A stretch of 32,000 nucleotides of DNA. Origin: Isorropodon fossajaponicum endosymbiont JTNG4 (lineage in GTDB: Bacteria > Pseudomonadota > Gammaproteobacteria > PS1 > Pseudothioglobaceae). The DNA is taken from the NCBI RefSeq assembly GCF_016592615.1, contig NZ_AP013043.1, positions 750,001-782,000 of the forward strand, given 5' to 3'. Below the pieces are notes generated by a model. That model searched no databases, was not told the DNA's origin, and worked only from the letters and a program-made list of their open reading frames with translations. This document shows positions 18,672 through 26,821 of this stretch, piece by piece (position 1 is the stretch's first letter; the number at the start of each line of letters is the position of its first letter). Both the position numbers and the translations under genes were made by a program.

Positions 18672-18702
18672 AAATACAGGTGGTAAAAATTAACTATAAT
18701 AG
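18672..18702 (+). promoter_or_regulatory. two 11-bp direct repeats GGTAAAAATTA flanking a TATAAT box; candidate promoter/operator
   Basis: The repeats are at 18672-18682 and 18692-18702, 20 bp apart. A consensus -10 TATAAT lies at 18685-18690 between them. The SD AAGGTG (18723-18728) precedes the ATG at 18735. I found no good -35. Confidence 0.35.
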
Positions 18703-18734
18703 GTAAAAATTACATTGAAATTAAGGTGCAAATA

Positions 18735-20615
18735 ATGGCAAATAAAACCAAGGAATATCTGGCTAAAGTACGTAAGAAGACTGGCTTTTCGGATTATAAA
18801 ATATCTCAAGAATATGCAATTAATCAATCCAATTTAAGCAAATATAAGTCAGGAAAAGCCGCCCTTTCTGAAACACATGCTTGGCTATTTGCCAATATTT
18901 TAGGCATTAATCCTGCAGAAGTTGTTGCTCACACCAAACTTGAACATGCAAAAATTACTGGCAGTAAATCAAAGGCCATATTTTGGCAAGAGCAACTAGA
19001 AAAACTTGCAAACAACTCTAAGGTCATCAAAATAAACATTGCACAAATTAACCCCATTGTTGGCGATTTAGATGGCAATGCTCAAAAAATCATCAAGTTA
19101 ACTAAAGAGGCACACGCTCAAGATTGTGATTTGTTGGTTTTTCCCGAATTATCACTGATTGGCTACCCTCCTGAAGATTTACTACTACGTGAGGGCTTTA
19201 TTCAACAAGTCCAAGATAAAGTAACCTTAATCAGCCAAACCATCTCTGAAGATATTTCTATTATATTTGGCGCGCCTTCCAAGCAAGGTGGCGTTTTATA
19301 TAACGGCGCCTATCTTGTTCAAAATTCACAACTGCGGGTTTATCACAAGCAAAACCTTCCGAATTATGGCGTGTTTGATGAAAAGCGTTATTTTGAACCC
19401 GGTCATGAGGCTTTTATTTTTGAATGCCAAGGTAGAAGAATTGGCCTAGTCATCTGTGAAGATGCTTGGACACCAAAGGTTATCTCTACCACAGCCAATC
19501 AGGGCGCACAAATCATCATCAGTATTAACGCTTCCCCATTCCAAGTTGGTAAACATTCACAACGTATTGAGCAAATTAAACAACGCGTATTAGCAACTAA
19601 AACTGATTTTATTTACGTTAATATGGTTGGTGCACAAGATGAATTGGTATTTGATGGCGCATCTTTTGCCATGAATTCAAATGCCGACATCACTTTGCAA
19701 TTGCCCTTATTTAAAGAAACAGTTCAAAGTGTTAGCTTTACCCCCCCTACCACACTACCTGACACTGACCCTATTGAAAAAATCATTTACAATGCCTTGG
19801 TACTCGCCACTAAAGACTATATTGAAAAAAACGCCGTTTTTAATGGCGTGGTTATTGGCTTATCTGGTGGTATCGATTCTGCACTAACCCTTGCCATTGC
19901 TGCTGATGCCATCGGTACTGAAAACATTAAAGCCATTATGATGCCCTATGAATACACCTCAAACATGAGTCTTGAAGATGCCAAAATGCAAGCCGCAGCT
20001 ATGAATATTGATTATCATGAAATCAGCATTCACACTATGGTGAGTAGCTTTAACACGCAACTTAACACACTATTTAACGGCATGGAAGCCGATACCACCG
20101 AGGAAAATCTACAGGCTCGTGTACGTGGCACGCTACTAATGGCAATCTCTAATAAATTAGGTAAAATCGTACTCACCACAGGCAACAAATCTGAAATGGC
20201 AGTAGGCTACGCCACCTTATATGGCGATATGTCAGGCGGTTTTGCCCCTCTTAAAGACGTTAGTAAAACCTTAGTTTACCAACTAGCAAAATACAGAAAC
20301 ACCCTATCAACCATCATCCCAAGGCGCGTTATCGACAGAGCGCCCTCTGCCGAACTTGCCCCTAACCAAATTGACCAAGACTTCCTACCTCCTTATGACG
20401 AACTGGACGCAATTCTGGCACTATTTATCGAACAAAAACATTCCGTTAAATACATCATCAAACAAGGTTTTAACGAACAAACCGTTAAACGCATTACTCA
20501 AATGGTACTTAATAACGAATATAAACGCAGACAAAGCGCACCCGGCCCTAAAATTAGCCAAAATGCCTTTGGCAAAGAGCGTCGCTACCCCATGACTTCT
20601 AGGTTTCAGCCTTGA
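18735..20615 (+). CDS. nadE: glutamine-dependent NAD+ synthetase (CN-hydrolase plus NAD-synthase domains) with an in-frame N-terminal XRE/phage-repressor-like HTH extension of about 95 aa
   Basis: The glutaminase domain starts at KINIAQINPIVGDLDGN and includes VFPELSLIGYP and GLVICEDAW. The synthetase domain has GLSGGIDSAL (PP-loop) and TTGNKSE. Upstream and in frame is ..KKTGFSDYKISQEYAINQSNLSKYKSGKAALSETHAWLFANILGINPAEVV... I chose ATG 18735 over GTG 18726 because of SD spacing. Confidence 0.9.
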   Translation: MANKTKEYLAKVRKKTGFSDYKISQEYAINQSNLSKYKSGKAALSETHAWLFANILGINPAEVVAHTKLEHAKITGSKSKAIFWQEQLEKLANNSKVIKINIAQINPIVGDLDGNAQKIIKLTKEAHAQDCDLLVFPELSLIGYPPEDLLLREGFIQQVQDKVTLISQTISEDISIIFGAPSKQGGVLYNGAYLVQNSQLRVYHKQNLPNYGVFDEKRYFEPGHEAFIFECQGRRIGLVICEDAWTPKVISTTANQGAQIIISINASPFQVGKHSQRIEQIKQRVLATKTDFIYVNMVGAQDELVFDGASFAMNSNADITLQLPLFKETVQSVSFTPPTTLPDTDPIEKIIYNALVLATKDYIEKNAVFNGVVIGLSGGIDSALTLAIAADAIGTENIKAIMMPYEYTSNMSLEDAKMQAAAMNIDYHEISIHTMVSSFNTQLNTLFNGMEADTTEENLQARVRGTLLMAISNKLGKIVLTTGNKSEMAVGYATLYGDMSGGFAPLKDVSKTLVYQLAKYRNTLSTIIPRRVIDRAPSAELAPNQIDQDFLPPYDELDAILALFIEQKHSVKYIIKQGFNEQTVKRITQMVLNNEYKRRQSAPGPKISQNAFGKERRYPMTSRFQP

Positions 20616-20814
20616 TACTATTAAAATACAAAAAAATATCAATTAAATTTTTCAATTATCATGTTATCGGGTTTACCAAATTGAAATCGTATATTAAGTT
20701 AGTGATTTATTTTAATAAAGCATAAAAGATAAATATGTCCTTATAACAATAGCTAGGTATAAAGATTGTAGGATTAAACATGGCTAAATTATTATCTGAA
20801 ATAATAGAAAAATC

Positions 20815-20865
20815 ATTTTTTGATAACCACAGACCCAAGTATTCTTTTCTGCCTTCAAGGTTAAC
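20815..20865 (-). mobile_element. short IS256-family transposase fragment (central region), cut by the IS3 left end
   Basis: The minus strand reads VNLEGRKEYLGLWLSKN, matching the conserved G(V/I)..dG.kE.LG.w....nE block of IS256/mutator-family transposases. Similarity fades further 3'. Confidence 0.45.
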
Positions 20866-21317
20866 TGCAATAGTCTAATTTTATTGGACACAAAGATAGC
20901 CTTATAATACAAACCATAAGGAGGTCAGTAATGACACAATATAAATCAAGAAAACAACGAGTGACTTTTACCGTTGAACATTCTGTTCAATACCCCCTTG
21001 AGGGGGAAACACTAGATTATGCCAAACTCATGGTGCATGAGAATTACACCAATAAAAAAAATCATGATAATATCAGGAGCTTGCTCCTCAGCAGTTAGCA
21101 GATGGAGAAAACAATACCTAGCAGAGCTTGGTGGACAAACACCAGAGTCAGGCAAAGCGCTGACTTCTGAACAACAAACAATACAACTGCTTGAGAAACA
21201 ACTTTGGCGCGCACAAAGGGACAATGAAATCTTAAAAAAGGCAACAGCCTTGTTCGCTGTGGACAATCACCAAGTGATATGATTATCAAGATAAACAAGG
21301 CTTGCCAACAATACAAT
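20866..21317 (+). mobile_element. IS3-family remnant, copy B (left end plus frameshifted orfA; truncated at 21317)
   Basis: 452 bp matching 2166-2616. The differences are G2307 vs A21007 and A7 (2354-2360) vs A8 (21054-21061). Sequence diverges completely after 21317, where an IS256 fragment begins. Confidence 0.85.
20931..21282 (+). pseudogene. IS3 OrfA inactivated by a +1 insertion in a poly-A run
   Basis: Same ATG context as copy A. The A8 run at 21054-21061 shifts the frame, so the first part ends after ..YTNKKNHDNIRSLLLSS and the remainder is the tracked ORF 21019-21282. Confidence 0.8.
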
Positions 21318-21318
21318 T

Positions 21319-21594
21319 CCTGAAGCCATTAGAAAGGCAGTCTATACCACCAATGCCATTGAATCCTTAAACTCAGTGATTCGTAAATCTATCAAGAATA
21401 GAAAGATTTTTAATCACGATGATTCTGCTTTTAAAGTTGTCTTTTTGGCCATTGAAGCAGCCAGTAAGAAATGGACGATGCCAATTAGAAATTGGTCACA
21501 AGCAGTGAATTAGTTTATAATCCTGCATGAGGATAGATTAAAGGATTATGTCTGATTTTTAACGAGGGCTTTACACAATCTGGTTTACAGGGTC
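21319..21594 (+). mobile_element. IS256-family element 3' end: last 64 codons of the transposase (21319-21513) plus a probable terminal inverted repeat
   Basis: Reads PEAIRKAVYTTNAIESLNSVIRKSIKNRKIFNHDDSAFKVVFLAIEAASKKWTMPIRNWSQAVN then stops. YTTNAIESLN and KKWTMPIRNW are hallmark C-terminal blocks of IS256/mutator transposases. The downstream ..GGGCTTTACACAATCTGGTTTACAGGGTC is IR-like, but that assignment is low confidence. Confidence 0.7.
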
Positions 21595-21655
21595 TATTAT
21601 TTAAAACTTGTATTCTTGAAACTATTCTTACTTTTTTAAAACAAGCAAGGTTTGT

Positions 21656-23539
21656 TCATTTAGATTGGTTATTAAATAATAAGTCACTAATACCACACTG
21701 TGGCTTAAAACCTGGCACAAGTTGTATTAACAATGAGCGTAGTTTATTTTGATCATGGCTAGTGATAGCAAGTTCTATATCATCTAATAACAATCTTAAT
21801 TCACGCCAAGAAAGCATATTTTCTTGAGCTTTCATAATCATTGAATGGCTGGTATCCAACGCATTATCATCAATTAATAACTCTTCAAAAAGCTTTTCTC
21901 CTGGACGAAGACCTGTGATTTTAATTTCAATATCCCCATTTAAGTTGGCTTCATCTTTAAGCTCTAATCCCGTTAAGTGAATCATCTTTAAAGCCAAATC
22001 GTAAATTCTAACAGGTTTACCCATATCCAGCACAAACACATCACCACCAGAGCCCATAGCGCCCGCTTGAATAACCAATGCCACTGCTTCAGGTATGGTC
22101 ATAAAATAACGAACAATTTTTTTATCAGTGACCGTTACTGGTCCACCTGCTTTAATTTGTTTTTTAAACAAAGGAATAACCGACCCGCTAGAATCCAGCA
22201 CATTGCCAAACCTTACCATACTAAACCTTGTGTCACTCTGACACTTTGATAATGCTTGCAATACCATTTCAGCACAACGTTTAGTAGCGCCCATGGTGTT
22301 TGTTGAGCGTACAGCTTTATCAGTGGATATGAGCACAAACGTTTCAACCTTGCTACTAATAGCAGCTTGTGCACAATTGAGCGTACCAAAAATATTGTTC
22401 ATTACGCCTTCAGTATGATTAAACTCCACCATCGGCACATGTTTATAAGCTGCTGCATGATAAATTGTCTGCACCTTAAATTGCTTACACACTCTTTCCA
22501 CTCTGTCTTGGTTAACCACCGAGCCTAATATTGGAAATACCTTGGTGCTATCATTCAATTCTTTGTCAATGGTATAAAGTGCCAACTCACTTTGTTCAAA
22601 TAATATTAACCTAGACGCACCAAGGCTAATAACCTGCCTACACAATTCTGAACCAATTGACCCACCAGCACCTGTTATCATCACAACTTTGTTTTTGATG
22701 TTCACTTCAAGCAGGGATTGATTAGGCTTAACAGGCTCTCTACCCAGCAAGTCACCAATACTCACATCACGCAAATCATCGACTTTAACTTGACCTTGCG
22801 CAAGTGCAGACACACCTGGCAAAATCCGTACAAGAACTGGATATGGTTCTAATAGATTGATGATTTCATTACGCCTTTGACGTGATGCTGAGGGCAATGC
22901 TAATAAAATTTCATTGACGCTATACTTGTGTATCAATAATTCAATATGCTTAGCGCTATGCACTTTTACGCCATTAATATGTTGCTTGTTTAAATCCTTC
23001 GCATCATCAATAAAAGCAACAGGCTTATACTCTTTTGATTGTAATAATGCCTCAGATAACTGCCTGCCAGCCGCTCCTGCACCATAAATAATAACATTTT
23101 TCTTGCTGTTTTTAAGAAAAATACCTGCATCGGATAGCACCCACCTAGCCAACATTCTCAAGCCACCAATTGCCATAATTGCCAGTAATCCATTGATAAA
23201 TATAACTGACCTTGGAATACCCTCTACAGCAGACATAAAACCGACTATGCCCCATATAAGTGCATATAGAGATACAGCCTTAACCACTGACCATAATGCT
23301 CGCAACCCTAAAAACCGAACAATACCATGATAAAGCCCAAATTGAATAAAAATTGGAATAGCAATCACTGGCGCACCAATAATCACCAAAAAAAGATCGC
23401 TTTGTGGCCAATACCAATATCCAAGTCTAAGAGAAAAAGAAACTAGCAATATACTAACCAGCACAACTGAGTCAATCAATAACACAATTAATTGCTTAAT
23501 AATTCTAGGTAGTGTTGTTAATTTTTCAAATAGTTTCAT
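21656..23539 (-). CDS. membrane-anchored polysaccharide biosynthesis protein, CapD/PglF/WbpM-type UDP-sugar 4,6-dehydratase
   Basis: N-terminal hydrophobic helices and two Rossmann-like regions (IYGAGAAGRQL and VMITGAGGSIGSEL), plus the YHAAAYKHVP and STDKAV motifs. I prefer ATG 23539 with AGGTG 9 nt upstream. The tracked ORF starts at GTG 23551. Confidence 0.9.
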   Translation of the reverse strand: MKLFEKLTTLPRIIKQLIVLLIDSVVLVSILLVSFSLRLGYWYWPQSDLFLVIIGAPVIAIPIFIQFGLYHGIVRFLGLRALWSVVKAVSLYALIWGIVGFMSAVEGIPRSVIFINGLLAIMAIGGLRMLARWVLSDAGIFLKNSKKNVIIYGAGAAGRQLSEALLQSKEYKPVAFIDDAKDLNKQHINGVKVHSAKHIELLIHKYSVNEILLALPSASRQRRNEIINLLEPYPVLVRILPGVSALAQGQVKVDDLRDVSIGDLLGREPVKPNQSLLEVNIKNKVVMITGAGGSIGSELCRQVISLGASRLILFEQSELALYTIDKELNDSTKVFPILGSVVNQDRVERVCKQFKVQTIYHAAAYKHVPMVEFNHTEGVMNNIFGTLNCAQAAISSKVETFVLISTDKAVRSTNTMGATKRCAEMVLQALSKCQSDTRFSMVRFGNVLDSSGSVIPLFKKQIKAGGPVTVTDKKIVRYFMTIPEAVALVIQAGAMGSGGDVFVLDMGKPVRIYDLALKMIHLTGLELKDEANLNGDIEIKITGLRPGEKLFEELLIDDNALDTSHSMIMKAQENMLSWRELRLLLDDIELAITSHDQNKLRSLLIQLVPGFKPQCGISDLLFNNQSK

Positions 23540-23553
23540 TATTCTAAGCACCT

Positions 23554-24108
23554 CTAATGAGACACACCTTCTCGTTTAATAACTTTTAAAAAAGTCATCC
23601 ACAATATTCTTATATCAAACCAAAATGACTGATAAGTTGCATATTCTACATCTAAACTAACTTTATCAATAATTGACAACTCATCTCGCCCATTAACTTG
23701 CGCCCAACCCGTCACACCTGGTAATAATTTATTCACGCCTTTTTCAGTACGCAAGTCAATTAAATCCTCTTGGTTAAACAGTGCAGGCCGCGGTCCTACA
23801 AAGCTCATATCGCCCTTTAAGATTGAATATAATTGTGGCAATTCATCCAAACTTGTACGTCGCAAAAATCCACCTATTGGGGTTAAATATTCGCCTGGAT
23901 TTTGCAATAAATGTGTTGCTATAGCAGGGGTATTTATTCTCATTGTGCGAAACTTTGGCATATTAAAAATAACATTATTTTTTCCGACTCTATCTGACCA
24001 ATAAAGTGCGTCACCTTTTGAGGTTAATTTAACTAAAATAGCCACTACAATAATCGGCAACAACGAAGCACAAATTATAACCAATAACAAATCAAACCCT
24101 CTTTTCAT
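23554..24108 (-). CDS. small monotopic phosphoglycosyl transferase (bacterial sugar transferase, PglC/WbaP-C-terminal family)
   Basis: 184 aa with a single N-terminal helix and the motifs KFRTM, SLDELPQL and GPRP. This is an initiating undecaprenyl-phosphate sugar-phosphate transferase. Confidence 0.9.
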   Translation of the reverse strand: MKRGFDLLLVIICASLLPIIVVAILVKLTSKGDALYWSDRVGKNNVIFNMPKFRTMRINTPAIATHLLQNPGEYLTPIGGFLRRTSLDELPQLYSILKGDMSFVGPRPALFNQEDLIDLRTEKGVNKLLPGVTGWAQVNGRDELSIIDKVSLDVEYATYQSFWFDIRILWMTFLKVIKREGVSH

Positions 24109-25039
24109 TTGCTATCCCCTTAAGTGCTTCATCCGTAGTAACAACAGGTTGCCAACCTAATAAATCCCTTGCCTTAGAACTGTCTACTTGAAGTGATGAA
24201 AATAGGCGAATTGCATCTGATTTTTTACCCAATAAATTAGCCATAAAAACCATAAACCCTACAGGAATTGGCAATAAATATGGTTCCCTACCAAAGGCTT
24301 TTGCAATTTTTCTAAGTAATTGCGTGGTAGATAAATCCCGCCCATCAGAAATTAAAAAAACTTCATTTGGAGCTTTTTTATGACTCATACAAGTAATCAT
24401 AAAATCCACCAAATTATCAAGTGCTATTAAAGAGCGAGTGTTTTTAACCAGCCCCAATGGCAAGGGCATTAAAAATTTTGAACTTGCCCAATTAATTAAT
24501 CTGCCAAAATTACCAGGTGCATTAATACCATAAACTAATGGCGGACGAATGATAACCACCTCTAAACCCGTCTTCTTTGACAATTCAAACAATCCCACCT
24601 CAGCTTCATACTTACTAATGGCATAAGGCTCTTGCGGATTAGGCTTGTCATTTTCTGTAAATGCAACATGACCACTATTGCCGTTAACCCCAATAGAGCT
24701 AATAAAAATTAGTCTTTTGACTTTACTAATAGCTGCTTGCGTTGCTAAATTTAAAGTCAAATTTGTATTTATCTGTTGAAATTCATCAAGTACTGATGCC
24801 TTCTTTGAATCAAGCACATGTGCTTTACCTGCCAGATGAATCACAACATCAATACCATCTAAACTATGCGAAAAATCTATCTCATTAGAAAAATCCCCAA
24901 CTATAAATTGCTTAACCTTATCAGAGAAAATACTTGTTTTTCTACGAACAGCAACAGATAAATCAAACCCTCTATTAAGCAACTCTTGAGACAACGCACG
25001 ACCTACAAAACCTGTCGCACCTGTGAGCAATATGTTCAT
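24092..25039 (-). CDS. NAD-dependent nucleotide-sugar epimerase/dehydratase (SDR family)
   Basis: N-terminal ILLTGATGFVG and the catalytic YAISKYEAE (YxxxK). It overlaps the downstream gene by 17 nt, and its ATG overlaps the upstream TAA (TAATG). Confidence 0.85.
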   Translation of the reverse strand: MNILLTGATGFVGRALSQELLNRGFDLSVAVRRKTSIFSDKVKQFIVGDFSNEIDFSHSLDGIDVVIHLAGKAHVLDSKKASVLDEFQQINTNLTLNLATQAAISKVKRLIFISSIGVNGNSGHVAFTENDKPNPQEPYAISKYEAEVGLFELSKKTGLEVVIIRPPLVYGINAPGNFGRLINWASSKFLMPLPLGLVKNTRSLIALDNLVDFMITCMSHKKAPNEVFLISDGRDLSTTQLLRKIAKAFGREPYLLPIPVGFMVFMANLLGKKSDAIRLFSSLQVDSSKARDLLGWQPVVTTDEALKGIANEKRV

Positions 25040-25782
25040 TATTTTTTCAACAATCCAACTATCTTTTGTGGGTATTTAGATAATATTTTAAAAATATTGG
25101 TTTTAATGCCGTTTTCTTTACAAACTCTTAGGGTTTCAATATTATTTATCCAAATACTACTTAAAGAAGTACTCACACCGCCTGTTCGCATTTTAACAAT
25201 TACTTCTGGCAAATAATGATAGCTAATTTTATGTGTATATAAAAATCGTACTAAAATATCAAAGTCAGCAGCAATTTTTAAATCTGTTCTAAACATGCCA
25301 TATTTTTGATAAACCTCTTTTCTTGCAAAAAATGTAGGATGGGCTGGCATCCAGCCATAAGCAAACTTATCAGGACTAAAATAACGACTATTATATCGTC
25401 TAATTACTTTTTCTAAATTATTAGGCTTAACGTACACCAAATCTGCAAACACACAATCCACTTTCTTTTCAAATGCTTTGATAATTTTTTGGATGACAAA
25501 TTTATTAATATAAAAATCATCGGAATTTAAAATTCCAATAATATCACCAGTTGCTAACGCAATTCCCTTATTCATAGCATCATAAATACCTTTATCTGGC
25601 TCAGATACAAATTTTGCAATTTTATCTTGACATTGTTTGATAATTTCAATTGTTCCATCTGTAGAACCACCATCAATAATAATATACTCAATATTTGGAT
25701 AATTTTGGCTCAAAACCGAATCAATAGCATCTCTTATAGTGGTTTTATTGTTCCAGACTACTGTTATGATTGATAGTTTCAT
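25039..25782 (-). CDS. family 2 glycosyltransferase
   Basis: Reads SIITVVWNNKTTIRDAIDSVLSQNYPNIEYIIIDGGSTDGT ... DKGIYDAMNKG ... NSDD. It is paralogous to the GT2 at 26818-27624. I chose ATG 25782; GTG 25797 is also possible. Confidence 0.85.
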   Translation of the reverse strand: MKLSIITVVWNNKTTIRDAIDSVLSQNYPNIEYIIIDGGSTDGTIEIIKQCQDKIAKFVSEPDKGIYDAMNKGIALATGDIIGILNSDDFYINKFVIQKIIKAFEKKVDCVFADLVYVKPNNLEKVIRRYNSRYFSPDKFAYGWMPAHPTFFARKEVYQKYGMFRTDLKIAADFDILVRFLYTHKISYHYLPEVIVKMRTGGVSTSLSSIWINNIETLRVCKENGIKTNIFKILSKYPQKIVGLLKK

Positions 25783-26000
25783 AAACAACTTAGCCACAAT
25801 TTGAACATGTTAAATAGTTTATCACTGCCATCAACTTCATTTTTGACAAACAAACATTCACCAGAACTGAATGGTAAGAAATATCTACTAAAATCTTGGT
25901 TTATTAGTGCATTCCAATGGGTAGTAACACTAAGTATTGCTAAAATTAATTTTGATATATTGAAGTGGTTTTCTTTTATATTTGTCATTTAAATATTTTT

Positions 26001-26024
26001 AGGGTCTTAACTAGTTAAGACCCT
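26001..26024. terminator. perfect 24-bp palindrome AGGGTCTTAACTAGTTAAGACCCT (hairpin; possible terminator or recombination site)
   Basis: Perfect dyad overlapping the last three codons and the stop of the GT2 at 26015-26821. A T-tract (ATTTTTAT) follows on the plus strand, while the minus strand has AAAAATATTT. It sits at the edge of an otherwise unexplained 217-bp gap inside the cluster. Confidence 0.35.
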
Positions 26025-26821
26025 ATTTTTATAATAACCACCCTTCTAATATATTTACTCAACAACCACAAATAAAAACCATAGTATTCAAATAAATTAA
26101 TTTGTTTTCTTTTCTTTGCCCCCTTTAAGGCAAGGTTTTCGCCTTGATGCATTTTAAATAAATCATTTGACAGTCCAGAAACACCATAACTTCTTTTTCC
26201 GTTGCCTGTATAAACTAAGTCTTCATTTAAAATATAAAGCGGTGTTATATTGATAAGTCTCAGCCATAAATCAATATCTTCTCCATGTTTCAAATTTTCA
26301 TTATATAAACCAACCTCTATTAGTATCTTTTTATCGACAATAGCCGTTGGTGTCGCTGGATACCATTTCCAAATAATGTTTTTTGCATTTAATGAATAAA
26401 ATATTGTTTTGACCTTGTTGAAAAATGGATAAACCTCTCCGTTTCTATTCGTACCTAAAAATTTAATTTCTTTATATTTTTTTAATAATGACATTTGTTT
26501 TTCAAGCTTTTCCACTAGCCAAACATCATCAGAATCAAGCAAGGCTATCCAATTTCCGACCGCCTTCTTAATCCCCTTATTCCTCGCTTTAGAAACACCT
26601 GAATTTTCCTGATTAATTAATCTAAATTGGATACTTGAGTGCTGATTATTTTTTATATATTGCTCAACTATTTTTCTAGAATCATCACTTGAACCGTCGT
26701 TAATAATCAGCACTTCAATATTTTTTTGATAAGTTTGATTTAACACTGAATCTAGAGTATTTTTAATCGTTTTCTGGGAGTTATACATAGGAATAACAAC
26801 ACTCACTTTTATATTTTTCAT
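26015..26821 (-). CDS. family 2 glycosyltransferase
   Basis: Reads VSVVIPMYNSQKTIKNTLDSVLNQTY..IEVLIINDGSSDDS and LLDSDD (DxD). It shows ATGA overlap with the upstream GT2. Confidence 0.85.
   Translation of the reverse strand: MKNIKVSVVIPMYNSQKTIKNTLDSVLNQTYQKNIEVLIINDGSSDDSRKIVEQYIKNNQHSSIQFRLINQENSGVSKARNKGIKKAVGNWIALLDSDDVWLVEKLEKQMSLLKKYKEIKFLGTNRNGEVYPFFNKVKTIFYSLNAKNIIWKWYPATPTAIVDKKILIEVGLYNENLKHGEDIDLWLRLINITPLYILNEDLVYTGNGKRSYGVSGLSNDLFKMHQGENLALKGAKKRKQINLFEYYGFYLWLLSKYIRRVVIIKIGS

Noticed and set aside
19026-19040. Independent NadE translation from ATC, ATA or ATT with AAGG at 19020-19023 as the Shine-Dalgarno
   Set aside because: The spacing is 2 nt for ATC, and ATA/ATT are very rare initiators. 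This cannot be excluded, but it is less parsimonious than translation from the ATG at 18735, which has a well-spaced AAGGTG.
20780-20878. Plus-strand ORF MAKLLSEIIEKSFFDNHRPKYSFLPSRL.. running into the IS3 left end, as a gene interrupted by the IS
   Set aside because: The opposite strand of the same bases encodes the conserved IS256-type block VNLEGRKEYLGLWLSKN. The plus-strand ORF is most likely an antisense shadow.
25779-25992. Tracked ORFs 25779-25988 (-) and 25801-25992 (+) in the gap between GT2 genes
   Set aside because: They are mutually antisense, lack recognisable motifs and have no convincing ribosome-binding site. I cannot support either as a gene. The region is kept as an unexplained gap in the findings.
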